The notes beneath the pieces are model-generated. The model was given only the letters and a program-made list of their open reading frames with translations. It was not told the DNA's origin and searched no databases. 64,000 nucleotides of DNA. It comes from a virus. The position numbers were made by a program, and so were the translations under genes. Location of the stretch: IMG/VR virus record IMGVR_UViG_3300006028_000001, positions 1 to 64,000 of that record. One strand, 5' to 3'. Below are positions 55,999 through 64,000 of the stretch, piece after piece. The number at the start of each line of letters is the position of its first letter. The first letter of the stretch is position 1.

Positions 55999-56032
55999 GC
56001 GTTTTACGGAATCAGCCGTCCGTGGTCACCTT

Positions 56033-56239
56033 CTACGCGTCGAACTCGCCTCCCTTGGCGCGGGTGACAAACTCGTCCCACCGACTCTGCGGAATCAGCA
56101 GCACCCTCCCATCCGGCTGCTGCGAGTTGCGCACCGCCACGGTCCCGTCATCGAGGAACGCCACCTCAACGCTTTCATCCGCAGCCGAGTCGGCTACCGA
56201 CGACTTACGCCACTGCGCCCTGCTCAAATCCACGCTCAC
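56033..56239 (-). CDS. DUF397 domain protein
   Basis: WRKSS....ESVEVA..DGTVAVRNS..PDG..L....WDEFV..AKGGEFD. Confidence 0.85.
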   Translation of the reverse strand: MSVDLSRAQWRKSSVADSAADESVEVAFLDDGTVAVRNSQQPDGRVLLIPQSRWDEFVTRAKGGEFDA

Positions 56240-56303
56240 GAGCCCTACCCTTCGATCGTTGAATGGGACGCGGCCGCCGTGGGGAAGGTCGGCGGCCGCG
56301 CGT

Positions 56304-57044
56304 CTAGCGTCTCGTCTGCTGCTGCGCAGGGCGGGGAGCCGGCAGATGGTGACCCAACGCCGGAGCAACCGTCCCAAGCAGCAGCAGCGCCGCACCGGCC
56401 GCCACCACCCCCGCCGCCTTCGTGTCCCACGACCGCTTCGGAAACAACCACCAACCCACCAACACCAACACCACCGCCGCCAGGGCACCGGCCCGCAACC
56501 CCAGCCAAGCGCCCAATCCGGCCCGCCACGCACCCGTCCACGCCAGGAACATCAGCGGCACCCACACCCCGGCGGCCACACCGAGGCGACGGACCGGCCG
56601 CGGACAGCGACGGGCACGCCGCCGCGTCGGCTTCGCCACCTTCACCGACTCGCGGGCTGGGCGCGCGTCCGTCGGTGCCTGCCATGGGGTTACGGCACCC
56701 TTCGCTGCGTCCCGGGCCGCACGCTGACGGCGGGCCTCTGGGATCGGGATCCGCCGCGGGTTGTCCAGATTCTCCTCGTAATTGAAAAGCGGACGCCGCG
56801 CCCGGATCTCCGCCTTCTCGGCAGCCAAGACCGCTGGCTTGTTCGGGTACACCTCGTCCAGCACCCGCCACAAGGTGATCGTGTCCGACCACGGCTGGGC
56901 GTACACGTGCTCCAACAACCGGGCCAGCGGCTCCCGGGCGGTTTCGCCGATGTAGCCGACCGTCTTCGTCTGGTAGTTGGTGTTCGGATCCAACACCTCG
57001 AACTCGTAGACCCGACAGTCCCTCATGATGGCGGGCTGGCTCAC
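56304..57044 (-). CDS. GIY-YIG-like nuclease domain with C-terminal TM helices
   Basis: RVYEF...VGYIGETAR...RLLEH...AEKAEI....PLFN; three hydrophobic segments. Confidence 0.7.
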   Translation of the reverse strand: MSQPAIMRDCRVYEFEVLDPNTNYQTKTVGYIGETAREPLARLLEHVYAQPWSDTITLWRVLDEVYPNKPAVLAAEKAEIRARRPLFNYEENLDNPRRIPIPEARRQRAARDAAKGAVTPWQAPTDARPARESVKVAKPTRRRARRCPRPVRRLGVAAGVWVPLMFLAWTGAWRAGLGAWLGLRAGALAAVVLVLVGWWLFPKRSWDTKAAGVVAAGAALLLLGTVAPALGHHLPAPRPAQQQTRR

Positions 57045-59647
57045 CCCGTCACCTCCCGCGCTTCGGCCGCGCGTTCCTGCTGCCGCTCCACCTCGGCCGC
57101 CGACGGCGCCTGCGGGGCGGGCGACAGTGCCGCCAGCGCGGCCTGCGCCCGGGCCCGGCCCTTCTCAGTGACCCGGTAGTCGGTGTACTCGGTGCCCACC
57201 TTCACTCGCGTGATCAGCCCATCCGCCTCCAACCTCGATGCGGCCCGGGACAGCGTGGACGGCACCGGCGCCTTCCCCCCACCCACTGCGGTCAGCCAGG
57301 CGCGGTGGCCGAAAATCTGCGGCGAGTTGATACCCGGCGCGCCGGCGACGATCGCCAGCACCACATCCGCCGCCGGCAAGGCACCTCCCGTGGCCGGCGC
57401 CTCAACCGCCGAGGTGGCCAGCGACGTGGAGTCCTGCAGCAGGTTCGCCATCCCGTTCGGGCCTTGCCCGAGCCGCCACAGGTCCATCAGCCCCTCCCGC
57501 TCGAACACCGCCACCGTCTCCGCCGGCAGGGCGGGCGCGGTCAACAGCGGCGCGCCGTCCGGCGCGTACAGCTGGTCGAAGACGCAGCCGTCCTCGTCGG
57601 CGCGGGTGACAAACGCCGACCGCAGCGGAACCGGGGGCGCCTCCGCCGACACGGTCAGGCACATCCCGGCCAGCCTGGGCAGCGCCGACGGCATGTAGGT
57701 GCCGGTGTAGCCGGCCAGTCGCGCCTGCTGATCGGGCATCCGGTACAGCCGCAGTCGGGTCAGGCCGGTCAGGCCGCGCAGCACCGAGTTGTTCAGATCC
57801 TGCAGGCCGCCGCCCTGGGTGACCAGCTCCGTCATCTGCGCGGCGGTGCGTTCCAGCCGCTTCTGCTCCGTCAGGGCGCCGACGAACCCCGGGTCGGCGG
57901 CTTCCATGTGGAACTCCTCCCACACGTGCCGCATCGGCGGCCCGTCCCGGTCAACGTTCCACAGGGACTGTTCGGGGCGCAGCCGGCCATGCCGGTCCCG
58001 CTGCTTGCGCGACGCCAGATGCTGCTCGCGGCGTTTGCGTTCGGCGACGATGGACCGAAGGATGACGTCCCGGTGTTCGCGGGTAACACCGATGGGGAAC
58101 ACCCCGACGAAGTCGGCGTAGTCAACCAGCTGCTTCGGGTCGTACAACACGTCGAAGATCCCGGCGGCCAGGTCGTTGAGGAATGTCAAGATCGTTCCTG
58201 CCGTTTTGCCCCCGCCGGTGTGCCCAACCGTGAGTCCGCCGCCGGGCTGACCGGGCACGAACGCGGCCTCCTCCACGTCGTCGCCGAGGATGGACCGTCC
58301 GGTGTGCACGTAGATGGTGCCGTCTTTGGCGATGCGCACCCCGTCGCGGCCCTTCCACCGCACCGCACCACCCAGGGGCGCGTGGTCGGTCAGCAGCATC
58401 AGGCCGCGGTTGGCCCGGCCGTCGGGTCGGTCCACCAGGGACAGGTTTGACGAGTCGACACCAAGCATCGCGGCCAGCCATTCCCGCGACGACATCAGCG
58501 GCGGGGCGCCACCCAACCGGGCCACCAGCGCGCCCGGCTCTGATTCGATGGCGTACTCCCAGCCGATGCGCGTCACCTCCCCGGCGATGGGGGCGGTCAC
58601 CTCGCGGGTTTCCTCCGCGACGATCCAGGTGCGCTTCATCAGGAATCCGGCCGGCACGGTGTCGGAGCCGGCGATCTGCGCCCAACGGGCGGCCATCCGT
58701 CGGCCCATCGCTTCCGGGCTGTCGTCCTCCACAACAACCGGCGTCGCAACGGGCGCGGCGGCGAGACGGTCCGCCTCTTCCTGCGCCCGCCGGGCCGCGT
58801 CCTCGGCGCGTTGCCGGGCCAATTCCCGCAGCCGCCGGCGGGTTTCCCACAGCTCGTCCCAGTGGCTGCGGAACACCACCCACGACGCCAAACAGCCGGA
58901 CAGGATCACGACCGCGCCGTTGGGCAGGACCGGCTCCACGCCGAGCAACGCCGCCACACACAGCCACACCCCGGCGGCAAGCACCCCGGCGGCGACCAGC
59001 CGCGCCCGGGCGCGGGCCTTGCGGGCGGCGCGGCCCACCAGCCGCTCGTGGGCGCGGATCCGTTCGGCGACGTAGGCGGCGATGTAGGCCATCACCGCGC
59101 CGAAGGTGGCCAGCGCAACGCCGACGGCGGCGACCAGCGGCGGATCCGCGGTGGCGGCGGCAACCTCACCGGCGAGCAGCACCCCGGCGGAGGCCGCCAG
59201 CGACGGGGCGTGTCCGCGCATGTCGGCGGCGGTGCGGCGGGCCGCCTGTTCGGCTGCGGTTTTCGCTGCCTCGACCCGCGCAGTCGCAGCGTCGACCGCA
59301 CGTGCTCGGTAGCTCGCGCCGATTTCCCGGAGACGGTTCATCAGTTGCTGACGCGCGCCACCGACCGGATTCCGATCCGACGCGTCAACCGCGAACTCCA
59401 CGAGCCTCAATGGGTGTCGCGGGCAGCACGGCTCCGGGTTTTCCTCGGTTGTCGGTACCCACTGTTCCACCTCGCAACCAGGCTCGTGGCACAGGAACAG
59501 CCGGGCGCCGATCTGCCAGTTTTCGCCGACCGGCACGTGTCGCTCACCCTGCACGAGAGTGCCGTCAGCGGTGCGCCACACGTCGGACCACTTCAGCCCC
59601 GCAGGCAGTTTCGCCTTGGGTGCCTGGGTTGGGACTGGGGTGGTCAC
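57041..59647 (-). CDS. TraB-like FtsK/SpoIIIE DNA translocase
   Basis: TM segments, Walker A GHTGGGKT, YDPK, WEEFH, LVTQ, C-terminal wHTH. Confidence 0.8.
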   Translation of the reverse strand: MTTPVPTQAPKAKLPAGLKWSDVWRTADGTLVQGERHVPVGENWQIGARLFLCHEPGCEVEQWVPTTEENPEPCCPRHPLRLVEFAVDASDRNPVGGARQQLMNRLREIGASYRARAVDAATARVEAAKTAAEQAARRTAADMRGHAPSLAASAGVLLAGEVAAATADPPLVAAVGVALATFGAVMAYIAAYVAERIRAHERLVGRAARKARARARLVAAGVLAAGVWLCVAALLGVEPVLPNGAVVILSGCLASWVVFRSHWDELWETRRRLRELARQRAEDAARRAQEEADRLAAAPVATPVVVEDDSPEAMGRRMAARWAQIAGSDTVPAGFLMKRTWIVAEETREVTAPIAGEVTRIGWEYAIESEPGALVARLGGAPPLMSSREWLAAMLGVDSSNLSLVDRPDGRANRGLMLLTDHAPLGGAVRWKGRDGVRIAKDGTIYVHTGRSILGDDVEEAAFVPGQPGGGLTVGHTGGGKTAGTILTFLNDLAAGIFDVLYDPKQLVDYADFVGVFPIGVTREHRDVILRSIVAERKRREQHLASRKQRDRHGRLRPEQSLWNVDRDGPPMRHVWEEFHMEAADPGFVGALTEQKRLERTAAQMTELVTQGGGLQDLNNSVLRGLTGLTRLRLYRMPDQQARLAGYTGTYMPSALPRLAGMCLTVSAEAPPVPLRSAFVTRADEDGCVFDQLYAPDGAPLLTAPALPAETVAVFEREGLMDLWRLGQGPNGMANLLQDSTSLATSAVEAPATGGALPAADVVLAIVAGAPGINSPQIFGHRAWLTAVGGGKAPVPSTLSRAASRLEADGLITRVKVGTEYTDYRVTEKGRARAQAALAALSPAPQAPSAAEVERQQERAAEAREVTG

Positions 59648-59660
59648 GGTTGTCCTCCTG

Positions 59661-59876
59661 CTATTCGTTGCTGGCGTCGGTCAGCGGTCCCCTGCGCAGC
59701 AACTCGTGCCACTGCCGGTAGTCCTCGTACGGCTGCCCGTTCTCGTCGGTGTGGCCGATGTGACCCAACCAAAGGTCGAGGACGTCGTGACGCCACAGAA
59801 TCCCGAAGCGGTCACGCACACGGGTCACATCGGGGCCTGGTTCGGCATCCATCGACCACGTCTTCGTCACGGTCAT
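59661..59876 (-). CDS. Hypothetical protein
   Basis: GAGGAG RBS; VRDRFGILW...WHELLRRGPLT. Confidence 0.6.
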   Translation of the reverse strand: MTVTKTWSMDAEPGPDVTRVRDRFGILWRHDVLDLWLGHIGHTDENGQPYEDYRQWHELLRRGPLTDASNE

Positions 59877-59880
59877 CTCC

Positions 59881-60087
59881 TCAAGACTCGAAGGTGACGT
59901 GCTCGATGTCCGCAAGGTAGATCTCCTCGGAGCCGCTGCTGGTGTCGATCGACACCAGACCCCGCGAATTGCCGTAGTACCAGTCGTGCAGCAGTTGGGT
60001 CGCCGTCTGGAAGTCGCGCGCGTCAACCGGGTTGACCTGCAGTTCGCGGCCGTTGCGCAGGCCAATTCGAAGCCTGGATGCGCTCAT
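59881..60087 (-). CDS. Hypothetical protein
   Basis: AGGTGGAG RBS. Confidence 0.6.
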   Translation of the reverse strand: MSASRLRIGLRNGRELQVNPVDARDFQTATQLLHDWYYGNSRGLVSIDTSSGSEEIYLADIEHVTFES

Positions 60088-60100
60088 CGCTCCACCTTTC

Positions 60101-60313
60101 TCATTTGCCGTAGTCGGCGCCGTAGTCCTCGCGGATGTCGAAGTCGTGGTCGGTACAGAACCGGTATGCCGAGCGCGGGTCGGACGGCTTCCGGCAGTAC
60201 GTCAGGCTGGGGGTGCCGAACGCTGTGTTCCACGAGCAGCGGCCGGCCGACGTCAACCCCCACTCCTCATCGGTGTACCGGTCACGCGACAGCAGCGGCT
60301 GAAGGTTGGTCAC
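60101..60313 (-). CDS. Small Cys/His protein
   Basis: GGAG RBS; C...C...FCTDH. Confidence 0.6.
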   Translation of the reverse strand: MTNLQPLLSRDRYTDEEWGLTSAGRCSWNTAFGTPSLTYCRKPSDPRSAYRFCTDHDFDIREDYGADYGK

Positions 60314-60331
60314 TGAGTTCTCCGTTCCCGT

Positions 60332-60520
60332 TCAGCAAACGACCAGATCAGTAGCGGCTTCGACGTGGACCTCTTCCACTGGCGTCATCGGCGTCCAAGG
60401 GTGACGCTCATCCCGGAGGCCGCCGCACCGAGGGCTACCCGTCCAGCACAGTCCGATCCGGCCGCAGGCGGTGCACCGGTACGGCACCGGTGGGGTGTCG
60501 TCGTCGAGTTCGAAGTACAC
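60332..60520 (-). CDS. Small Zn-finger-like protein
   Basis: YRCTACG...PRCG...H; start uncertain. Confidence 0.4.
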   Translation of the reverse strand: MYFELDDDTPPVPYRCTACGRIGLCWTGSPRCGGLRDERHPWTPMTPVEEVHVEAATDLVVC

Positions 60521-60529
60521 GTCGATCCA

Positions 60530-60751
60530 CTACCGGTTACTGCGGGCGTCTTGGCGTTCACCGGTTCCGTCGAGCAGATCCAGTTGGGCTGTGGTGACCG
60601 GCCGTCCGTCCGGATACTCGCGGTCGTCGTCGAACAGCACGTACGACGACGTCTCGGGGCTGTCGGTGCCCCAGTTGTGACGGCCCTGATAGGTGCCGGC
60701 CATCCGCAACTGCCGGTGGAACACCCGGTCGCCCTCGCTGAACTGGCTCAT
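60530..60751 (-). CDS. Small SH3-like hypothetical protein
   Basis: FSEGDRVFH...GT...YVLFDD. Confidence 0.6.
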   Translation of the reverse strand: MSQFSEGDRVFHRQLRMAGTYQGRHNWGTDSPETSSYVLFDDDREYPDGRPVTTAQLDLLDGTGERQDARSNR

Positions 60752-61002
60752 CGGTCCGCCATCACCTTCCGGACTCGCTGTACCGCACGCGCGGCCTCGT
60801 CAGGGCTGGCCTCGCCGATCCATTCGCGGTCAGAAATGTTGTCCCATTTACAGATGATGGGCCGTCGGCGCGCGGCTTCGTCCCAGCCGGGATCGTCGGT
60901 AAGTGCGTGCCACGCGCCGAAGGGACCGGGGTGCTCATCGACTCGAACCCACGTGTAGCCGCAGTTGTCCAACCAGGCGGTGTGGTTGTCGGGCTCCCTC
61001 AT
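60748..61002 (-). CDS. Hypothetical protein
   Basis: ATGA overlaps. Confidence 0.55.
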   Translation of the reverse strand: MREPDNHTAWLDNCGYTWVRVDEHPGPFGAWHALTDDPGWDEAARRRPIICKWDNISDREWIGEASPDEAARAVQRVRKVMADR

Positions 61003-61268
61003 CGTTCGACCTTCCTCATCAGGTGCATGTCGCGGCCGGCCAAGCGCACAGCCGCCGCCCGCATTTCGGTTGTCAGGCCGGCGCGGTCCGGGTCGGGCTC
61101 CAGTTGGATGTCGCGGCGGTCGTCCATCTCGACCAGGGCGCGGTCCAACTCGTCCGCGTCGACGTCGGCAAGTTGGGCACGCAGGTCGGCGAGGTGGATG
61201 CCCCCGCCGGGCCTGGAGGTCAGGTCGGCGTAGGCGGCGAGGATTCGCTCCGGCAACGTGCTCACCAC
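60999..61268 (-). CDS. Small winged-helix-like protein
   Basis: ILAAYADL...IHLADLRAQL....DELDRALVEM. Confidence 0.6.
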   Translation of the reverse strand: MVSTLPERILAAYADLTSRPGGGIHLADLRAQLADVDADELDRALVEMDDRRDIQLEPDPDRAGLTTEMRAAAVRLAGRDMHLMRKVER

Positions 61269-61495
61269 GCACCCGCCGTCAAGACGCGTGTCCCCGGCGG
61301 TTCATGCCGAATGAATCCGTGCGGATATTCGGCGGCGAGCAGATCACGAGCCCACTGGACACAGATCGGGTCGTTGCACACCGACAGGCCGCAGCGCGTT
61401 CCGTCGACGTTCAGTTCCTGCCGGGCCAAGGCGGGGCAGTCGTCGGCCTGGCAAGGCGTCCGGACGCTCACCGTTCCATCGCTCGGTGCGGTCAC
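61262..61495 (-). CDS. Hypothetical Cys-containing protein
   Basis: Coupled ORF. Confidence 0.45.
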   Translation of the reverse strand: MTAPSDGTVSVRTPCQADDCPALARQELNVDGTRCGLSVCNDPICVQWARDLLAAEYPHGFIRHEPPGTRVLTAGAW

Positions 61496-61505
61496 CCACC
61501 CTCGG

Positions 61506-61540
61506 CACGACCATCACGACCATCACGACCATCACGACCA
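61506..61540. repeat. 9-bp tandem repeat (CACGACCAT) x3.9
   Basis: Read directly from sequence. Confidence 0.9.
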
Positions 61541-61786
61541 GTCGATCGGCGCGTCACGGATCACCCGACGGACATCCGCCTCCGACAAGCCACGCGCCTG
61601 CCCGAACCGCACCATGTCCGCGTCGTCCCAGCCGGAATTGTGCAGCCGCACCATCGCCCCACCCCGGTCACCGGCCTGCCACAACTCGTCAGCGGCGTTC
61701 TCCGCCCGCTGCCGAGCCACCTCCCGCGCCTGCACGTCCAGCTCCTCGGCCTGCCGGCGCAGCGCCTCGTCACGCTCAAAACCCAC
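61532..61786 (-). CDS. Hypothetical protein
   Basis: GGGAG RBS. Confidence 0.55.
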   Translation of the reverse strand: MGFERDEALRRQAEELDVQAREVARQRAENAADELWQAGDRGGAMVRLHNSGWDDADMVRFGQARGLSEADVRRVIRDAPIDWS

Positions 61787-61798
61787 CGTCGTCTCCCA

Positions 61799-62407
61799 TC
61801 ACCTGTTGTCGAGAAAATCCAGAGCCGCCCGCAGCAACGGAGGCTGCGGCCCGTACAGCCACCCACCAACCCGGTCCGCCACATCCCGCTCAAGTTCCGC
61901 GAGGCTGCCGAACCGGAACCAGGCGGCCTCCCGTGCGTCGTCACCCGCCACCACCGGCAGCCGCGCCGGAACCGCCAACACCGCCACGGTGGTGCACATC
62001 CACGCCTCGTCGGTGTTGCGCGGATCGTGCGCGAACCCGGCCCACACCACCTGCGGCGCCACACCCGCCAGACTCAGGCCGGTCTCCTCGGCCAGCTCCC
62101 GCAGCAGCGTCTCCCCCGCTGACTCACCCGGTTCGACACGGCCACCCGGCACCGCCCAACCGCCGCCGTCCACCCGGTTGATCAGAAGAATCCACCGCTG
62201 CCCAGGTTCGTTCGCGACCACCACCGGGTCGGCGGCCTGGTTTTCACCCCACAGCCGCAGCCAGCCACGACCCGCAATCCCGATACGCTCGCAAGGGTTG
62301 ACCGGGCGGCCGTCCACGACACCGAACGGGACAATCGCAGCCGCCAGCCGTGGGGCGAAGTCCACCTGTGTCGGGTCGTCCGGGTCGACGTACGGCTGGC
62401 TGCTCAC
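61799..62407 (-). CDS. NUDIX hydrolase (ADP-ribose pyrophosphatase/NUDT9-like)
   Basis: GRGWL..WGENQAADPVV; GGRVEPGESAGETLLRELAEETG; DPRNTDEAW; AGDDA. Confidence 0.9.
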   Translation of the reverse strand: MSSQPYVDPDDPTQVDFAPRLAAAIVPFGVVDGRPVNPCERIGIAGRGWLRLWGENQAADPVVVANEPGQRWILLINRVDGGGWAVPGGRVEPGESAGETLLRELAEETGLSLAGVAPQVVWAGFAHDPRNTDEAWMCTTVAVLAVPARLPVVAGDDAREAAWFRFGSLAELERDVADRVGGWLYGPQPPLLRAALDFLDNR

Positions 62408-62640
62408 TGCGTCGCCTCCGCGAGATACTGCTCGGCGGCATCCCCGAGCAGCCTGCGCATCAGCTCGGCCAAGGTGTCGCCCTGCTTGGGCCGCAGCCCC
62501 GCCGCCTGCCCCGCCTCGTCGGGGACGGCGGCGTACCGACCGAACCCGTCAGGGGCGATCCACCACTTCTCGCCGTTTTCGGTTGTCACCACGGCACGCC
62601 GGTTGTTCGCGTACCACGTCACCAAAGGTTGGTCGCTCAC
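62404..62640 (-). CDS. Hypothetical protein
   Basis: GTGA coupling. Confidence 0.55.
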   Translation of the reverse strand: MSDQPLVTWYANNRRAVVTTENGEKWWIAPDGFGRYAAVPDEAGQAAGLRPKQGDTLAELMRRLLGDAAEQYLAEATQ

Positions 62641-62828
62641 CGCACGCTCCAAGCCCGATGCACACCGGTCAGCACGTAGATCCCCGCCGCGTCCGCAGCC
62701 GTCGGAAACTCCCGACCGGCGGCCTCCTGCGACCGCACCCACCGGATGCACCGCTCGGCAGCCTCCGGGCTGGTGAAGTGCGCGTCGACGTACTCACGCA
62801 GCTCGCCGTCATCCACAGGAGTGCTCAC
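62637..62828 (-). CDS. Hypothetical protein
   Basis: GTGA coupling. Confidence 0.55.
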   Translation of the reverse strand: MSTPVDDGELREYVDAHFTSPEAAERCIRWVRSQEAAGREFPTAADAAGIYVLTGVHRAWSVR

Positions 62829-63088
62829 CGCGGATCACCCACCACGGCGTGGATCGCCTCGTCGAGGGTGGGGAACCGCTGCGGGGCGAACTGCCGCGCC
62901 GCCGCCCACGCCTGATCACTCCACAGGTAGGTGTCGTCCTTGGCCCGGTACACCACCCAGCCGTCGCCACCGAGCGGGAGTGCCGGAAGCGCGGAGAGGT
63001 CTCCGTCCTTCTCGTCGAGAATCGTGGCGGTACCGTCGTCGTGCAGCACCACCCGCGAATCCTTGTCGTATCCGCTCACGGTCTTCAC
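62825..63088 (-). CDS. Hypothetical protein
   Basis: AAGGAG RBS before GTG 63088. Confidence 0.6.
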   Translation of the reverse strand: MKTVSGYDKDSRVVLHDDGTATILDEKDGDLSALPALPLGGDGWVVYRAKDDTYLWSDQAWAAARQFAPQRFPTLDEAIHAVVGDPR

Positions 63089-63176
63089 GTTCCTGATCTC
63101 CTTCAATAGACGACCGGGCCGGTTGGCCACCGCGACGGCCCCGAACCAACGCCGGGGCCGCACGGAAACCAGCCGG

Positions 63177-63998
63177 TCAGTCGGCGGTCGCGGCCGACAC
63201 GAACTCGCCGGTCGCCCCAGCCGTGTGCAGCGTGTCCTGCGCGTCCTGCGCCGGCTTCAACCCCGCCTCCGCCGCGGCGACATGATCCGAGGCCGCCGCA
63301 GACGCATCCGACACGTTGGACACATGCCGGCCAAGCTGCGCGGCCACCGCGCCCGCCTCATCCAGCGCCTGCCGGGTGGCTGCGGTGGCGCCAGCGGCGT
63401 TGGCCCGCTCCGACGCCGCCGTCACCGCACCGTCCAAGGCGGCACGTGCCCCGCCCATCTGGTCGTTCAGATCCTGGATCCGCGCCAGATGACCACGGAT
63501 GGCGGCCAGGTCGGCCACGACCAGATCCAGGTTGGTTTCCCCCGTAGGCGCGCCGGCCGCCGGGGTGGCTGTCGATGTGGGCATGGTTCCTCCTGCGTTT
63601 TTTGCGGTTGTGGTGTCAGTAGTTGGTTCCGGCTGCGGTGTGCCGGTCGGGTCTTCCTCACCCGCGGCCCACGGCGGCGGGGTGGGCGCCGCCTCCGGCT
63701 CGGGTTCTGGATCCCACTTCACCGGCGGCGTTACCTCCGGCTGGTCACCGGTGGACTCCGGCGGCACGACGCCTTGGGGTTGCTCGTCACCCGGCCTGGT
63801 GCGGGCCACCTGCCCGGCGGGGGCGCCGGCGCGGCGGGCCTGCTGCGCCGCGACCCACCCCGCACGGAAACCGGCACCGAAACGCCCACCCGCCCGGTAG
63901 GTGCGATCAGCCGACACAATCAGCCGCGCCCACCAGCGCCGCGCCGCCGAACCGGCACGCACCGCCCACGACGGCTGCGCGGGACGCTTCGCCGGATC
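63177..63998 (-). CDS. AICE-type protein with C-terminal helical-bundle (WXG100-like) region, 5' end outside the window
   Basis: Frame open to window edge; internal GGAGGA-ATG at 63584. Confidence 0.55.
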   Translation of the reverse strand, partial: DPAKRPAQPSWAVRAGSAARRWWARLIVSADRTYRAGGRFGAGFRAGWVAAQQARRAGAPAGQVARTRPGDEQPQGVVPPESTGDQPEVTPPVKWDPEPEPEAAPTPPPWAAGEEDPTGTPQPEPTTDTTTAKNAGGTMPTSTATPAAGAPTGETNLDLVVADLAAIRGHLARIQDLNDQMGGARAALDGAVTAASERANAAGATAATRQALDEAGAVAAQLGRHVSNVSDASAAASDHVAAAEAGLKPAQDAQDTLHTAGATGEFVSAATAD

Positions 63999-64000
63999 CG

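Larger units (their letters stand above)
56033..64000 (-). mobile_element. AICE/plasmid-type conjugative transfer module (continues beyond the window)
   Basis: TraB/FtsK-like ATPase, NUDIX, DUF397 and coupled small genes on the minus strand. Confidence 0.7.

Noticed and set aside
1-64000. Integrase, att sites, immunity repressor or phage sigma factor
   Set aside because: No recognisable recombinase or sigma motifs in the window; probably outside it

Overview
The window is very GC-rich actinobacterial DNA and is almost entirely one temperate, siphovirus-like (pro)phage or phage-plasmid. (1) 1-20150 (+): early/middle replication-recombination operon with exonuclease, RDF/gp3-like protein, DEDDh exonuclease, RusA, SLOG, SSB, C5-methylase, DnaN plus a degenerate DnaN paralog, and primase-helicase followed by an iteron array. 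Seven copies of a strictly spaced GCAAC-N17-CGTA ECF-type promoter punctuate it. (2) 20150-25500: a promoter-terminator leader and an unusual pre-terminase block of Thr/Ala-rich structural-looking genes, including a 23-repeat protein. (3) 25590-48773: packaging, head and tail genes, including a portal-NUDIX fusion that appears to -1 frameshift into a MuF domain, a split prohead protease, a minimal glycosyltransferase and a +1-type tail chaperone frameshift. (4) 48773-55990: morons and lysis genes, with an antisense tRNA-shaped RNA lacking an anticodon arm. (5) 56030-64000 (-): a convergent AICE/plasmid-type transfer operon (TraB/FtsK-like ATPase, membrane GIY-YIG protein, DUF397, NUDIX). No integrase, att site, rRNA or CRISPR array is visible. 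All family calls come from motif recognition by eye; no database searches were run.
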